Source of the DNA: an uncultured Acidobacteriota bacterium
GTDB lineage: Bacteria; Acidobacteriota; Thermoanaerobaculia; UBA5066
DNA length: 64,000 bases
Assembly (NCBI GenBank): GCA_963779415.1
Contig: CAVZYA010000002.1
Location: 1,280,001-1,344,000, forward strand
Reading direction: 5' to 3'
In this document: positions 1-12,217 of the stretch, in pieces
Numbering within the stretch: the stretch's first letter is position 1
Layout: every line of letters starts with the position of its first letter
Position numbers and translations under genes: made by a program
The notes under the pieces: model-generated
The model's input: only the letters and a program-made list of their open reading frames with translations
Databases searched by the model: none
What the model was told of the DNA's origin: nothing

Positions 1-3000
1 TCGGCCCCGAATCTCTTCTCGTAGCTTCGCTGCCGGATGATCGCCCGGGACGGGGACGACAGGAAGTCGTAGGCAATTGCCTTGTCGACCCCACAGGCCC
101 CCCAGTCCTGGTCGTCGCACCCGACCGAGAGAGTCACCGGGTAGAGCCCGCCCGGCATCTGGGGGTCGTCGTTCCAGGAGGTCTGCAGCCTGTAACCGGC
201 GCGGTCGAATGGGACGCTCGTAAAGGGAAGAGTCTGCTGGGCAGAGAACGCCGTTAGAACGTTGGACGCCGCCTGCGTCGAGCTGGCCGATGTATATCCC
301 CAGCAGACGTTGTCGTATTTGTCCTTCAGGTAGTAAGAGTTGTAGATCGAGAAGGGCCCCGATGCGGTCTTCTGGGAGCCGTCGCCCTTGAGGCCTGCGG
401 GGTAGACGAGGTACCCGGTCCAGTACGAGAGGGAGTCCGGGCAGGGCGTGAAGTCGTAGTTCAGGCAGAGGAAGTGATCGGGCTTGCCGGGCTCAGGCCG
501 AACGGGGAAGTCCGATTCGCCGACCTCTTCCGAGCCGTCCGCGGCCAGCGTCGTCACACGAATGCCGAGCGTCTCGGCCTCGCCCCAGAGAGGCTGATAC
601 GGCCCGGGATCGGACCCGGTGGAGCCTTCGTAGAGGGACAGCGTCCCGAGCGTGTACTCGAACTCCTCGTTCAGGCCGGAGCCGCTCCCTCCCGCGGGAT
701 GCCAGACGAACGAGGCCTGGTCGCACTCCACCCGGTTTCCGTCCGGATCGAGGATGAGCATGCCGTGCGAGGGGCCGTCGACGCCCATGCTGACGAGGAC
801 CGGGTGGTTCGGGGTGCTGCCGTTCGCATCCTTGACGTCGATCCGAAGCCGGATCGTCTTCTCGATCCGGTGGCCGTGGATGCCGTCAGCCAGGTTGACG
901 TCGCCGTTCGGTGAAGTCTGGCCGGTTGACGGCGAGAGGTCGCTGAGCGAGACGCTGTAGGGCCCGGGCGCGACGGGGCCGGAGACGGCGACTTCGCTGA
1001 ACGTGGCCGAAGAGCAGCCGGTGATCGCAAAGGCGGGGGCGGAGACCGGGGCCGACGCCCTCTTCGCCGAGATGGCAGAGAAGGGCGCTGCCGAAGTAAC
1101 GGCCTTCAGAGGCGAGCCGGAGAGACCGGAATCGCTGCGCGAAAGAACCCGCCCGTCGGGCGCCAGGAGAATCCGCCCGCCTTCCTCCTGATGCTGGAAG
1201 CGCTCGAGCCGTCCGGCCGCAATGCCGAGGACGTTCTGATAGACGCCGGTGATCCGGATGTTCTGTCTTCCAACCGGGCGATAGCGGGGAATCGTGGCCG
1301 CCGCCGGCAAGGCCGTGGAGGTGCCAGCCATGGCGAATGCCGTCAGGCCGGAATCGTCCCTCCCCGCGACGAGGTTCGCGAAAAGCGGGTTTCCGAAGGC
1401 CGGATTGAACTGGACCTTTCCGGCCGCCGTGATCTTCGCTGAGACCTGAGCGATCCCGTCGAGCGTCGTCGAGGTTGCGGCGCTGGGGGTGAAGAGTGCG
1501 GCGCCCGTGTCGTCCGGGCCGTTCGCGACGGCGAACGTCACGTCCGCGCCGGCCACGGGCCAGCCCCGTGGGTCGAACATGACGGCCGTGGGTTTGAGCG
1601 TCGTGTTGACGGGAACCGTGTTGCCGCCGCCCGCGAGGGAGAAGACACGCCCTCCGACGGGTGCGGGTGCGACGGACGAAAGGCTGAACGTGAGCTGGTA
1701 GTCGCCTCGCCCGCGCGTCGTCTCGGCAGCGAGGATGTAAATGCCGGTCTCCGGAAGGATGGCATCGGAGAGGGCGGCGTTGTAGTCGATGCCCGGGACG
1801 TTGTCGAACGCCTGCAGGTTCGAGTAGATGAAGCCGTCGGGCGCGATGACTTCGATCTGCGGATCGAGGCTGGCCGGGCTCTCCCACGGAACGGAGCCGT
1901 CCACTCGCTGCATGACCACGTTGAGGTGAGTCCCGGCGGTGGCGGCGAAGTAGAAGTAGTTGTAGTCCGCGATGGCGTTCATGGGGTTGTCGCCCGTGAA
2001 CGTTCCCGTGACGGTTTGCCCCGGATAGATTCTCGTGGCCAGCTTGTGTTGGTCGGGCGTCAAAGCCGCGTACGTCTTCTGCGCCTGGTCCACCACGATC
2101 CACTTGTTGTTCGTCGAGTTGACGCCTGCGGGGTCCTTGGCCACCAGGTGGTAGATACCCGGCTGGAGACCGGCTGGAACGGCGAAACCCAGAGAGGTGA
2201 AATCCGCGTTCACGGTTCCGGTCAGGTTCTGGACCGGGCAATCCAACCCGGCGGAACAGAGAGGATGGAGGATGTCGGCGAGCGTGTAGACGGGGCCGCT
2301 GAAGGTGACCGTCGAGCCGGGCTCGAAGTTCGAACCCCAGAGCGCCGGTGTCGTGTCGCCAGGCACGACCCACCCCGGCGCCACGCCGGCGAGCGTGACC
2401 GGTGGTGTCGCGGCAACCGTCAGCGTCGCGGTCTTCGTCAGCCCGACGAATGTCGCGGAAATGGTCGTGGCGCCAGGACTCGAAGTGCTCGTGACGCCTA
2501 TGGGGAAATGGAAGACCGTACCCACCCGGACCGTCGTGATTGTGCCGCAAGGAATCGTTGGGCACGCCGTGACTGACGCTGCTGTCAGCCCGATGTCGGG
2601 GTTGCCTGAGGCAAGTGCGACGGAGTATTCATAGCCGAAAGGCGGCCAGCCATCGAAGAGGATCGCCCCCAACGAGGTGCCGCCCCGGGCGATCAAAGTC
2701 GGACTGATCCAGAAACTGGCCGTTCCGGCCGCGATGGTGGTGTTTCCCGTCTTCGTGACGCCGTTCAAGGTCGCCGTGACGGTCGCGACATACGCGGACG
2801 GGCTCCAGTCAGAGCACATGTCGAAGGATTTCCAGGTCTGCCCCGCCGGGATGGCCAGAGTAATGTTTGGAACGCATTCCGTACCGGCCTGACCTATGAT
2901 GTTGAAACTCGCCCCGCCTGAGGCCGTCATCTCGACGGAGTACCCTTCAGCGGGTGCCGCCGAGTTCAGCGTGACCGTTCCGAAGAAGAAGTGTCCGGCC

Positions 3001-6000
3001 TTGACACCCGAATCGAGCGTGACGCTGGCGAGCCCGAGTGGATCGACCGAGAGGGGCGCCGTCACCTGCACGCCCATGTACGTGGCCGTGATGGTCGCAG
3101 GCGTCGACGTCGAGACGGGCGTCGTCGTGACCGTGAATGACGCCGAAGTGTACCCGGAGGCGATCGTCACGGACGCCGGCACGGCGGCGACGGCGGGGAG
3201 GGACGACGACAGAGTCACGACCCCGCCTCCCGTCGGCGCCGGGCCGTTCAGCGAGGCAGTGCCTGCGACGCTGTTCCCGCCGGCGACCGCGGAAGGGGTG
3301 ATCGTGACTTGGACGAGCGTGGCCGGCGTGACGGTGAGCGGGGCCGAAAGCGTGACGCCGTTAAATGTGGCGGAGAGCGTTACAAGAGTCGGACCGGAGA
3401 CCCCCCGGGCGTAGAAGCTCACCGACGCCGTGGACGCTCCTGCCGCGACAAGCACACCGCTGGGAGGCTGGGCGACTGACGAATCCGAGCTGCTCAAACT
3501 GATGTTGGCGCCGCCGGCCGGGGCGGGCTGGTTCAAGGTGACCGTGGCGGTCACGGAGACACCGGAGGCGACGGACGGCGCGCTCAGATTAAACCCCGTC
3601 AAGCCGATTGGGGTCGGCGTAAGGGTGAGAAGGGCGGTCCTCGTCTCGTTCCTGTACCCGCCGGTCGCGGAGATCGTCGCGGAGCCCGTCGTGAGCGCCC
3701 CGTTCGTGGCGATCGGGAACGTCCCGGTGCTGGCCGCCGCGGGAATTGTCACGTTCGGCGGGAGGGTGGCGACGTTCGTGTCCGAGCTTGCGAGCGTGAT
3801 GACAAGGCCGGCGGCCGGTGCCTTTCCGGAGAGCCAGACGGTGCCGGTCGAGGGGGCGCCGGCGACGAGGCTGAAAGGGCTGAGGGTCATGGATGCGAGG
3901 ATGGCGGGATCAACCGTGAAGGTTCCGCTCTTGATGACGCCCCCGTACGTGCCTGAGATGGTGATGGCGACGGAAAGTCCCACCCCGACCGTAGGAATCG
4001 TAAACGAGGCCGAAGTTGAGTTGGCGGGTACAGTGACGCTGGCAGGCACGGAAGCCACCGTGGGGTCGGAGCTCGTGAGAGCAACGGTAAGGCCGCCGGC
4101 GGGCGCGGCCGTGGCCATCGTGACCGTGCCTGTGGCATTGAGTCCACCAGAAATGACCGCCGGAGTGACGGAGACACTGGTGAGGGTCGAAGGAAGCGGC
4201 GTCACGACGAGGGTGGCCCAGAGGCCCGACACGCTGTACCACGCCCCTATGGAGACGCTGGTCGTCGAAACGACAGGGTACGTCGTGACCGGAAAGCTGG
4301 CGCTGGTTGCCCCCGCGGGGATCGTGACGCCGGCCGGCACCGTGGCAACCGAGGTCCGGGAGCTACCGAGAGTAAGGTTGAGTCCACCGAATGGCGCATT
4401 GCCGTTTAACGTGACGGTGCCCGTACAGGCGTCGCCGGCCTGAACAGAAGATGGACTAAACGTGAGAGACGTCACCCGGGGCGCGAGGACGGTGAGGGTC
4501 GCCGTCAGGGGCGTCCCTCCGTCGCTCGAGATGATCGTCACGTTTGCATCGGTGGCGATAGCGGCCGTCGTGATCGGGAACGTGGCCGTGTTACTCCCGG
4601 CCGGCACCGTGACCGTCGCTGGAACGGACGCAAGAGAGCCATTGGAGGAGGTCAGCGAGACGGCATAGCCCGTGGCCGGAGCGATGCCCGAGAGCGTCAC
4701 GGTGCCGGTCGCGGGAGTGCCTCCAGTAACGCTCGTAGGCGAGAGGGAGATCCCTGTCAGGGACGGCTTCAGAACGGTCGCCGTCGTTACCGCGCTGGTG
4801 CCAGACGCCGTGGCCGTGACTGAGACGACCGTCGATGAGGCCACTGCCGTCGTCGAGCAGCTGAAGGTCGCCGACGTCCCGCCTGCCGGAACGAAGACCG
4901 TCGCCGGAACTGAAAGCGTGGCCGGATCCGAACTGCCCAGTGCAACAGTTACGCCTCCAGACGGGGCGAATCCCGTGAGATAGACCGTGCCGGTGAATGC
5001 GGTTCCGCCGATCTCGTTGAATAGCGTCAGAGAGCTCGGAGCCGACACCGCATTAACGACGAGAGGTGTCGAAAGGAGCTCGCGGCCGCCATAGGTTCCC
5101 GCAAGGACGACGGTCGCGGGCGCCGCGATCGAGGCGAGCGAACCGGTGACATATGCCCGCACGCTGCCGCTGGGAACGCTCACGCTCGCGGGCACGGAAA
5201 CGATGGACGGGTTGGAGCTGTAAAAGCTTGCAGAGCTTGCAACCGTCGTGGTGCCCGTCAGCGCCAGCGTGCCTTGGACCGTGCTGCTTGACTGGTACGC
5301 CGTCATGTCCTGCGAGGCGAGAAGGCTCGACACCGTGATCGCCCGCGAGCGCGAGACCCCCTGGTAGCTGGCAGTGACGATGACCGGCGTGACGGACCCT
5401 GTTCCCAGGACCGGGTAGACGTAGTTCGAGGAACAGCATGAATTGACCGTCACCGAAGCGGGAACCGGAACGGCAGTCGGATTCGAGCTCGAAAGGCTGA
5501 CCGCGGCTCCGCCGGCCGGCGCATTTGCGTTCAAGGTGACGCCGATGTCGGCCGTTGAGCCCGTCTTCCCATAAGGCACGAGACTCATCGTTGCAAGCGC
5601 TGGTGCCGGGGTGACCGTGAGTAGCGTCGACGCCCCGCCACTCGGAGCAGAGGCTGTGATCGTGGAGACAGTCGTCGTGGCAGCAGCCGCGACGGTCACC
5701 GGGAACGAAACGGCGAGAGCCCCTGCAGGCACGAGTACGGTCACCGGCATCGTGACCGTCGGGGCGCGGGAGCTCGTGAGATTGACGAGGAGGCCACCCG
5801 TCGGCGCCGGTCCGCTCAGAGAAAGAGTGCCGGTGAGATTGGCCGGGCCGACAGCGCTTCCTTTTTTCAGCGACACCGACACGACCGCCGGGTCCGGCGT
5901 GAGCATTATGTAGGCCTGGTTCGTTTCGCCGCCGCTCGTTGCGGACACAGTCACCCAGGTTGGCGTTGAAACCGCGGTGTACGTCACTGGAAAGGTGAGC

Positions 6001-9000
6001 ACGCGCTTGTTAGTTGCGACCGTGACCGACGCGGGCACGGGGAGGCTGACGCTGTTGCTCGAAAGCGTGAAGAGCTTCCCACCGGCAGGAGCCGAAGCAA
6101 CCAGCATAATCATCGCCGTAGATGTGCCGCTGCCGGACGCGACGGCCGGAAGCAGATCGAACGTGAAAGTCTGGATTGCGCCGAGGGCGATCGTACCGGC
6201 ATCGGTCGTCTGGCCATCGATTGCGGTCAGTACTGCGGTTGTGGCGGGCTGGAATCCGGCGTACGCGACTGTAAGCGTGTAGCTCCCCGGCGCCACGGGA
6301 AGAGCGAAGGATCCGGAGGCATCCGTACTGGCTATGGCCGCAATGCCGGTAGCGGAGACGCGTGCAGAAGGCAGGGCGACCCCTGTAGCAGAGACCGTGA
6401 CGAGTCCTGATATCCACGAGACGCCACCCCCCTGCGTGGGCGTAGGTGTCGGAGTTGGCGTCGCCGTCTGAGTGGGCGTCGCAGTCGGCGTGGGCGTAGC
6501 GGTCGGCGTCTGAGTCGGGGTGACGGTCGGGGTCGCCGTGGCGGTCGCTGTTGCCGTTGGCGTCCGGGTTGGCGTCGGCGTGATCGTCGGCGTGGGGGTT
6601 GGTGTTGGTGTTGGCGTGATTGTCGGAGTCCACGTGGGCGTCAGCGTGGGCGTTCGAGTCGGGGTCGGCGTGACGGTGGGTGTCCGCGTCGGCGTCGGGG
6701 TGAATGTCGGGACCTGAGTCGGTGTTGGCGTAATTGTCGGGGTCCGGGTTGGTGTCGGCGTGGTCGTCGGTGTAAATGTCGGTGTTGGCGTGACGGTAGG
6801 CGTCAGCGTGGGCGTTCGAGTCGGCGTGGGCGTGACGGTGGGCGTCGGAGTTGGCGTGAATGTGGGAGTCACCGCGGCCGTTGGAGTCGGCGTCGGGGTA
6901 GCCGTCGGGACCTGAGTCGGTGTCGGCGTGATTGTCGGGGTCCGGGTCGGCGTCGGCGTGATCGTCGGCGTGAAAGTGGGGGTCAACGTTCTGGTCGGCG
7001 TCCGGGTCGGCGTCCATGTCGGGGTGCGAGTCGGAGTCCGGGTTGGAGTCGGAGTTCGGGTCGGCGTGGGGGTCGGGGTGGGCGTCGGGGTCGGTGGAAC
7101 GGGCCTGACCGTGAGGGTGGCGGTCTTCGTGACGCCCGCGTAGACGGCGGAGATCACCGAAGTGGCGTTTGCTGCCACGGTAAGCGTCGTAACGGTGAAA
7201 GTCCCGGTCCTCGTGCCGGCGGGAAGGGTGAGCGCGGCAGGGACGGTAGCCGCGGCCGTGTTCGAGTTGGCGAGCGTGATGGTCGCGCCGGCCGGCGGAG
7301 CGGATCCCGTGAGCGTGATGGTCCCCGTCGACGGGGTGCCTCCGATGACGCTCGTCGGGCTTAGGACGACGGACGACAGCGCTGCCGCGCCGACGGTCAG
7401 AGTGGCCGTCTTCGTGACGCCGCCGCTGATGGCGGTGATCGTCACCGGGGTCGAGGACGCGACGCCCGTCGTCGTGATCGTCGCGGTGGCCGAAGTGGAG
7501 CCGGCCGGCATGACGGCGCTGGCCGGGATCGAAGCGACCGCCGTGTTGGAGCTGGAGAGCGCGACGGTCGCCCCGCCCGCGGGCGCGGGACCGTTCAAGG
7601 TCATCGTGGCCGTCGAGCTGTTCCCGCCCACGGGATTCGTCGGGCTCAGAGCGAGAGTGATGAAGGTCGGGACCGCCGTCACGGTGAGCACGGCGGTCTT
7701 CGTCACCCCGAGGTAGGCCGACGAGATGGTGGCGCTGGTGTTTGCCGCAACAGCAACGGTCGTGACGGTGAAGGTCGCGGTCTTCGTCCCGGCGGCGACG
7801 GTGACGGTGGCCGGAACGGTGGCTACCGACGTGTTCGACGAGGCGAGCGAGACGACGATCCCGCTGCCGGTCGCGTTGCCCGTGAGCGTGATCGTGCCCG
7901 TGGATGTCACGCCACCGAAGACGCTGGCGGGGTTGAGGGCGACGGAAGAGAGCGCGGCGGGCAGGATCGTGATCGGCGCCATGGGGCTCGTCCCCGCATA
8001 CGTCGCCGAGATCCCGACGGTGGACGGCGCCGTGACGCCGAAGGTCGTGATCGTGAAAGTCTTCGAGGTGGTTCCCGCGGCCACGGTAACGCTCGCCGGG
8101 ACGGTGGCGAGACCCGTGTCCGAGGAGGCGAGGCTGACCGCGACGCCGCCGGTCGGCGCGGAGCCGTTGAGCGTGACGGTGCCGGTGAGTGCGGTTCCGC
8201 CTCCGACGCTCGCGGCGGCCGTAACGCTTGCGAGGACGACGGAGTTTGTTACCGCGAGGGGCTTCGTGGCAGTCCGCCCGCCGGCCGAGGCCGTGATGTC
8301 GGAGGATGCCGGGGCCGCGACTGCCGTCGTCGAGATCGTGAAAGTCGCCGTCTTCGTCGCCGCGGCGACCGTGACGCTGGCCGGGACCGTCGCAACGGCC
8401 GTATTGGAGCTGGTGAGCGTGACGACCGTGCCGCCCGTCGGCGCGTTGCCGTCGAGCGACACGGCGCCCGTGGTCGAGGCGCCGCCCACGACGCTCGCCG
8501 CGCTGAGCGTGACGGATGCGACGGCTGCCGACGGCGTCACCTCCAGCGGCGCCTGCCGGACGGTTCCGGCGAGGGTGGCCGAGATGGTGGCCGTGGCGGT
8601 TGTCGCCACGGTCTTTGCCGTTACCGTGAAGGCTCCCGAAGAGGCCCCCGCGGCGACGGTCACGCTTGCGGGCACCGTGGCCACCGCCGTGTTGGAAGAG
8701 GAGAGGCTCACGACGAGGCCGCCTGCGGGGGCGACGGCATTGAGCGAGACGGTGCCCGTGACGGTGGTTGCCGCGAGCGCCGCCGGCGCCGAAAGGGTCA
8801 GTCCGCTCAGGGCTGGCGAAGGGGTGACATCGAGGGCGGCCGTCCGGGTGTCGGCTCCGAGGGTCGCCGAAAGAGTGACTGTCTGGATGCTGGAAACCGG
8901 CAGGGTCGAGACGGTGAAGCCGGCCGCGGAGGCGCCCTGGGGAACCGCCACCGTGGCGGGAAGCGTTGCCACCGCCATGTTGGAGCTGCCGAGCGTGACG

Positions 9001-9182
9001 AGTGTGCCGCCCGCCGGCGCAGGACCGTTGAGCGTCACGGAACCGAGCAGTTCGGATCCGCCCGTGACGTTCGAGGGATTGACGGCGAGGGACGAAAGCG
9101 TCTGACTTGCAGCAGGGAAGGCGGCGAGCAGACAGACGAGCAACGCCAGCGGAGAACCCCGTCTTCCCGTGCTCATGCCCAT
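1..9182 (-). CDS. Giant secreted surface protein/adhesin (at least 3060 aa, runs off the window): signal peptide, about 20 ~95-aa Ig-like repeats, Thr-Pro linker, carboxypeptidase-regulatory-like, IPT/TIG-like, PPC-like and Big_1-like domains
   Basis: ATG at 9182 with GAGGAG RBS; [27 protein letters not shown] signal peptide; repeats like [31 protein letters not shown]...[10 protein letters not shown]. Same frame checked at 7142, 6422 and 2. No stopped ORF from this start appears in the track. The plus-strand V/A/T-rich ORFs are its antisense shadows. Confidence 0.92.
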   Translation of the reverse strand, partial: MGMSTGRRGSPLALLVCLLAAFPAASQTLSSLAVNPSNVTGGSELLGSVTLNGPAPAGGTLVTLGSSNMAVATLPATVAVPQGASAAGFTVSTLPVSSIQTVTLSATLGADTRTAALDVTPSPALSGLTLSAPAALAATTVTGTVSLNAVAPAGGLVVSLSSSNTAVATVPASVTVAAGASSGAFTVTAKTVATTATATISATLAGTVRQAPLEVTPSAAVASVTLSAASVVGGASTTGAVSLDGNAPTGGTVVTLTSSNTAVATVPASVTVAAATKTATFTISTTAVAAPASSDITASAGGRTATKPLAVTNSVVLASVTAAASVGGGTALTGTVTLNGSAPTGGVAVSLASSDTGLATVPASVTVAAGTTSKTFTITTFGVTAPSTVGISATYAGTSPMAPITILPAALSSVALNPASVFGGVTSTGTITLTGNATGSGIVVSLASSNTSVATVPATVTVAAGTKTATFTVTTVAVAANTSATISSAYLGVTKTAVLTVTAVPTFITLALSPTNPVGGNSSTATMTLNGPAPAGGATVALSSSNTAVASIPASAVMPAGSTSATATITTTGVASSTPVTITAISGGVTKTATLTVGAAALSSVVLSPTSVIGGTPSTGTITLTGSAPPAGATITLANSNTAAATVPAALTLPAGTRTGTFTVTTLTVAANATSVISAVYAGVTKTATLTVRPVPPTPTPTPTPTPTRTPTPTRTPTRTPTWTPTRTPTRTLTPTFTPTITPTPTRTPTITPTPTQVPTATPTPTPTAAVTPTFTPTPTPTVTPTPTRTPTLTPTVTPTPTFTPTTTPTPTRTPTITPTPTQVPTFTPTPTRTPTVTPTPTRTPTLTPTWTPTITPTPTPTPTPTITPTPTRTPTATATATATPTVTPTQTPTATPTPTATPTQTATPTPTPTPTQGGGVSWISGLVTVSATGVALPSARVSATGIAAIASTDASGSFALPVAPGSYTLTVAYAGFQPATTAVLTAIDGQTTDAGTIALGAIQTFTFDLLPAVASGSGTSTAMIMLVASAPAGGKLFTLSSNSVSLPVPASVTVATNKRVLTFPVTYTAVSTPTWVTVSATSGGETNQAYIMLTPDPAVVSVSLKKGSAVGPANLTGTLSLSGPAPTGGLLVNLTSSRAPTVTMPVTVLVPAGALAVSFPVTVAAAATTTVSTITASAPSGGASTLLTVTPAPALATMSLVPYGKTGSTADIGVTLNANAPAGGAAVSLSSSNPTAVPVPASVTVNSCCSSNYVYPVLGTGSVTPVIVTASYQGVSRSRAITVSSLLASQDMTAYQSSSTVQGTLALTGTTTVASSASFYSSNPSIVSVPASVSVPSGSVRAYVTGSLASIAAPATVVLAGTYGGRELLSTPLVVNAVSAPSSLTLFNEIGGTAFTGTVYLTGFAPSGGVTVALGSSDPATLSVPATVFVPAGGTSATFSCSTTAVASSTVVSVTATASGTSAVTTATVLKPSLTGISLSPTSVTGGTPATGTVTLSGIAPATGYAVSLTSSNGSLASVPATVTVPAGSNTATFPITTAAIATDANVTIISSDGGTPLTATLTVLAPRVTSLTFSPSSVQAGDACTGTVTLNGNAPFGGLNLTLGSSRTSVATVPAGVTIPAGATSASFPVTTYPVVSTTSVSIGAWYSVSGLWATLVVTPLPSTLTSVSVTPAVISGGLNATGTVTMATAAPAGGLTVALTSSDPTVASVPASVTVPANSTSASFTIPTVGVGLSVAITISGTYGGVIKSGTFTVDPAILASMTLSPFSLVAGAPSTGTVWLSGKAPAAGLVITLASSDTNVATLPPNVTIPAAASTGTFPIATNGALTTGSATISATGGYRNETRTALLTLTPTPIGLTGFNLSAPSVASGVSVTATVTLNQPAPAGGANISLSSSDSSVAQPPSGVLVAAGASTASVSFYARGVSGPTLVTLSATFNGVTLSAPLTVTPATLVQVTITPSAVAGGNSVAGTASLNGPAPTGGGVVTLSSSLPAVAAVPASVTIASGYTSASFTVTTTPVSTSTPATITATYMGVQVTAPLSVDPLGLASVTLDSGVKAGHFFFGTVTLNSAAPAEGYSVEMTASGGASFNIIGQAGTECVPNITLAIPAGQTWKSFDMCSDWSPSAYVATVTATLNGVTKTGNTTIAAGTASFWISPTLIARGGTSLGAILFDGWPPFGYEYSVALASGNPDIGLTAASVTACPTIPCGTITTVRVGTVFHFPIGVTSTSSPGATTISATFVGLTKTATLTVAATPPVTLAGVAPGWVVPGDTTPALWGSNFEPGSTVTFSGPVYTLADILHPLCSAGLDCPVQNLTGTVNADFTSLGFAVPAGLQPGIYHLVAKDPAGVNSTNNKWIVVDQAQKTYAALTPDQHKLATRIYPGQTVTGTFTGDNPMNAIADYNYFYFAATAGTHLNVVMQRVDGSVPWESPASLDPQIEVIAPDGFIYSNLQAFDNVPGIDYNAALSDAILPETGIYILAAETTRGRGDYQLTFSLSSVAPAPVGGRVFSLAGGGNTVPVNTTLKPTAVMFDPRGWPVAGADVTFAVANGPDDTGAALFTPSAATSTTLDGIAQVSAKITAAGKVQFNPAFGNPLFANLVAGRDDSGLTAFAMAGTSTALPAAATIPRYRPVGRQNIRITGVYQNVLGIAAGRLERFQHQEEGGRILLAPDGRVLSRSDSGLSGSPLKAVTSAAPFSAISAKRASAPVSAPAFAITGCSSATFSEVAVSGPVAPGPYSVSLSDLSPSTGQTSPNGDVNLADGIHGHRIEKTIRLRIDVKDANGSTPNHPVLVSMGVDGPSHGMLILDPDGNRVECDQASFVWHPAGGSGSGLNEEFEYTLGTLSLYEGSTGSDPGPYQPLWGEAETLGIRVTTLAADGSEEVGESDFPVRPEPGKPDHFLCLNYDFTPCPDSLSYWTGYLVYPAGLKGDGSQKTASGPFSIYNSYYLKDKYDNVCWGYTSASSTQAASNVLTAFSAQQTLPFTSVPFDRAGYRLQTSWNDDPQMPGGLYPVTLSVGCDDQDWGACGVDKAIAYDFLSSPSRAIIRQRSYEKRFGA
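6434..7100 (-). repeat. Low-complexity (Thr-Pro)n linker of about 220 codons inside the giant protein
   Basis: Runs of ggcgtcggcgtg/ggtgttggcg on the plus strand encode TPTPTxTP on the minus strand; internal duplicated blocks (e.g. gacctgagtcggtg at about 6711 and 6910). Confidence 0.95.
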
Positions 9183-9373
9183 GACTCTCCTCGGAAAGGT
9201 CGCTTGACTCATAAAGTGCGGCTCCGGGACCGCCTTGACCAGATGCACCTGAATCAGGACCAGGGGGGTCAAGACGAGCGGCTCGCCGGCACTCTCTCTA
9301 TTGTGGAGTGGGCTTCTCCGAGGGTTCCCGGGATGAAGGGCGACGCGATGGCCTGCTTGAATGACGGCTGCGT

Positions 9374-9398
9374 GGAACTCAAAATGCCACGGCTCGTC
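9374..9398 (+). promoter_or_regulatory. Possible ECF-type promoter (GGAAC-N16-CGTC) upstream of ECF sigma 1
   Basis: ggaactcaaaatgccacggctcgtc fits the AAC-N16-CGT ECF consensus; if real it would imply a later start (GTG 9420). Confidence 0.3.
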
Positions 9399-9911
9399 AT
9401 GACGAACGACAACGGGACGGTGAGGACGGGTCCGGAAACCGCCGAGGCGCTATTTCTCGACCGCGCGCAGGTGGAGCGGTTGATCGGTCTGGCGTTCCGG
9501 CGGTTCGGGATCTCGCGGGCGGACGCCGAGGAGGTGCTGGCCGAGACGCTCCTCGAGCTGTCGGCGAGCGATGCCCTCGTCAAGAGCCCGAAGGGCTTTG
9601 CGTTCCGCGTTTTCTACGTCCGTTGCTGCAGATGGCTCGAGCGCGAAGGGCGCTCGCGTGTCGAGACGGCGGGGCTGGATCCTTCCGCGGGACGGCCCGT
9701 GGCATACGCCGGCCCGGGACCGGAGTGGACGCTGGCGCTGAGACAGGGTTTCGCGCGGCTGTCACCTGTCTGCCGGCGGCTCCTGACGGGCTACTACGTC
9801 GAAGGCTTGTCGCTGAAGGAGACCGCGGAGACGACGGGACACTCGTCGAAACAGGTCTGGAAGCGGCTGGATGACTGCCTGAGGAGGCTGAAGAGATGCC
9901 TCGAAGCGTGA
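9399..9911 (+). CDS. ECF RNA polymerase sigma factor (paralog 1); start uncertain
   Basis: Region 2 ([12 protein letters not shown]) and region 4 ([37 protein letters not shown]); overlaps the downstream anti-sigma gene. Confidence 0.88.
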   Translation: MTNDNGTVRTGPETAEALFLDRAQVERLIGLAFRRFGISRADAEEVLAETLLELSASDALVKSPKGFAFRVFYVRCCRWLEREGRSRVETAGLDPSAGRPVAYAGPGPEWTLALRQGFARLSPVCRRLLTGYYVEGLSLKETAETTGHSSKQVWKRLDDCLRRLKRCLEA

Positions 9912-12193
9912 GCGACGCCCACCTCGGAGAATCGGTGCTCCTGCGACTGGCCGTAGGCGATTTGGACCAGGCCGAGCGGCAAGGCGCCGAGCGGCACCTC
10001 TTGGCCTGCGACACGTGCCGCGAGGCATTCCGGGCTTCCGAACGTCTCGACGGCGCACTTCGTTCCGCCGGCCCGGCACTGTTCGACGGCGGCAGCGAGA
10101 CGATGACGCTTCCCGCGGCGGACCCGTTCGCGCGGCGGCCGGAGGCGCGCCGCTTCTCCATGACGGCGAAGTCGGAAACTGTATCGCTGGCCGAGGAGGC
10201 CGTGCATGCGGTCCCCGAAGCGCGGGAGATGGCTACGCGGCTGGGCGCCGCTTTCGAGGATGACGGTGCCCGCGAAGCGGCCCTTGCGGCGCTCGACCTC
10301 GACGCCATTCGCGATCGTCTCGCCCTCGCCTACGCACTCGATGGCAGGTTCGAGCGCGTCGAGCAGGACGCGACACTCTCGGGGCGCCTGGCGGCTGCAG
10401 CCCTCGACCGGATCTCGAAAGAAGCGCCGAGGTCTGCCGGAGGAGTCGCTGAGCGAACGGTGCCGCTCGCGGATCTGAGGGGGAAGGCGCTCCTTCTCTC
10501 CGGAGCCGCGAATCTCTTCGGTGGCGGCTTTGCCGAGGTGGAAGTGCGGCTTCAAACGGCGTGGCGGGCGTTCGGAAAAGGACAGGCGAGCGAGCCGCTC
10601 CTCGCGCGAACGGAGACTCTCGAAGCGCTCCGGCGGGTCGTCGAAGGGCGATGGAAAGAAGCCGAAGCCCTGGCGGCCCGGGCCGGCGAGACCTTCGCGT
10701 TCACCGGCGCCGAGGCGGATGCGGCACGGGCCACTCTCGCATCGGGCCTCGCCGCGTGGGGAGAGGGCCGAAACCGCGCGGCGCTGACGTTGCTGCGGAA
10801 AGCCGCCCTCGGCTTTCAAAGGGCGGAAGCGTGGGGCGGCTTCTCGATAGCGGCTTGTGCAGCCGCGCTCTGCCTCGCCGCGGACGGACAGGTTGCGGAA
10901 TCGCGCCGCGCCTTCTGCGACCTGCGCCGCCGGAAGGCCCGCCGCGCCCCGCTCGCCGAGCGTCTGTTCGTCCGGGAGACGGAGCGGATCGCGCTGCTCC
11001 TCGTCAGGGAGCCGGGGAAGAAGAAGGAAGCGACATTCCGCTTCTCGCCCAGCGACATCCTTCTTCTTCGCGCTGCCTCATTCCTCGCGGACGGCATCGT
11101 CAGTGCGGCGCGAGAAGGCGGAGAGAAGCTGGAGGTATCTCTTCGGGCCCTCGACGAACATCCCGCCCGCGCCTTCGCTTTTCTATACACCTGCCAGAAG
11201 GCAGCGCTGCTCGTCGTCCAGGATCCGCTTCGAGCTCTTGAGGTCTCGCGGCGCATCTTCTATGAGGCACAGTTCCTTGAAGAGATCGGCGCAGCCGGCC
11301 GCGAATTACGCGCGGCGCTCGGCCAAGTAACGCAAGCCGAGGGGAAACTCTTGGAATCAACGGCCCTGAATATGCTCGGCTATCCCCTAGAAGCCCGTGT
11401 CGCCGCAGCGAGGGCATGCGAGTTGTTCGGTCGCGGAGACGACGCCGGCTTCGGGAGGGCTCTGGCAAATTATTTCGAGGGCTCGGCCGCACTCTTTGCG
11501 AAAGAGTTCGCGGCGGGTGAGCGACTTCTAAAGAAGGCCATACGAGTCTTCTCCGCATACGACCAGACGAACCTCAGGGCGCGTGCTGAGGGAACTCTGG
11601 GAACGTTGTATCTTTACCGAGGAGACGGGCGACGGGCACTTCCTTTTCTTGAACGTGCCATCGACCTCTTTGACTCGATCGAGGACGAGCGTTTTCTTGC
11701 AGCAGTTCTGACAAACCGGGGGGCGGCGCTCTCTCGCCTAGGTCGGCTTGACGAGGCTCGTACTTGTTACACGCGGGCTCTGATGGTTTCGCGAAGAACG
11801 CAGTCCCAAGCCCAGATCGCGATCATTCGCTCCGGCCTCGCGCTGATCGATATCAATCGCGGCGAATATGCTCGAGCCCTTCAGGCATTTCGAGAGCTCT
11901 CCAGTGAAGAGCGAAGGGAAGGCCGGATGCAGCTCGCCTTCGTTTCCGATCTCTACACAGCCGAATGCCTCGGACGACTCGGACGCAACGATGAGATGGC
12001 TGAAGTCATTCGGAACGTTCGCGCGGAGCGGCGGGGACATTTCGTGGTCTCTCCACTCGCCCTGGCCGAGTTGTTCGCCTGTCTTGATCAGGGAGAACTC
12101 AATGCGAACTTCATTGCTCACGTTCGCTCTTATTTGGAGGACGAAGCCAACGGTATCCAACGCGAGTACCGGCGGTTCAAAGTCGCGGGCTGA
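9896..12193 (+). CDS. zf-HC2 anti-sigma domain + tandem TPR-module protein (765 aa)
   Basis: HLLACDTC (HxxxCxxC) N-terminus; TPR-like helices (AAVLTNRGAALSRLGRLDEARTCYTRAL); no TM segment evident; C-terminal half closely resembles 13258..14673. Confidence 0.88.
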   Translation: MPRSVSDAHLGESVLLRLAVGDLDQAERQGAERHLLACDTCREAFRASERLDGALRSAGPALFDGGSETMTLPAADPFARRPEARRFSMTAKSETVSLAEEAVHAVPEAREMATRLGAAFEDDGAREAALAALDLDAIRDRLALAYALDGRFERVEQDATLSGRLAAAALDRISKEAPRSAGGVAERTVPLADLRGKALLLSGAANLFGGGFAEVEVRLQTAWRAFGKGQASEPLLARTETLEALRRVVEGRWKEAEALAARAGETFAFTGAEADAARATLASGLAAWGEGRNRAALTLLRKAALGFQRAEAWGGFSIAACAAALCLAADGQVAESRRAFCDLRRRKARRAPLAERLFVRETERIALLLVREPGKKKEATFRFSPSDILLLRAASFLADGIVSAAREGGEKLEVSLRALDEHPARAFAFLYTCQKAALLVVQDPLRALEVSRRIFYEAQFLEEIGAAGRELRAALGQVTQAEGKLLESTALNMLGYPLEARVAAARACELFGRGDDAGFGRALANYFEGSAALFAKEFAAGERLLKKAIRVFSAYDQTNLRARAEGTLGTLYLYRGDGRRALPFLERAIDLFDSIEDERFLAAVLTNRGAALSRLGRLDEARTCYTRALMVSRRTQSQAQIAIIRSGLALIDINRGEYARALQAFRELSSEERREGRMQLAFVSDLYTAECLGRLGRNDEMAEVIRNVRAERRGHFVVSPLALAELFACLDQGELNANFIAHVRSYLEDEANGIQREYRRFKVAG

Positions 12194-12217
12194 CGGGCAG
12201 TTGGCTCGAAGTGGAGA

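Noticed and set aside
474-9105. Many plus-strand V/A/T-rich ORFs and the minus-strand DADADP ORF (6010..7017)
   Set aside because: Antisense or alternate-frame shadows of the giant minus-strand gene.
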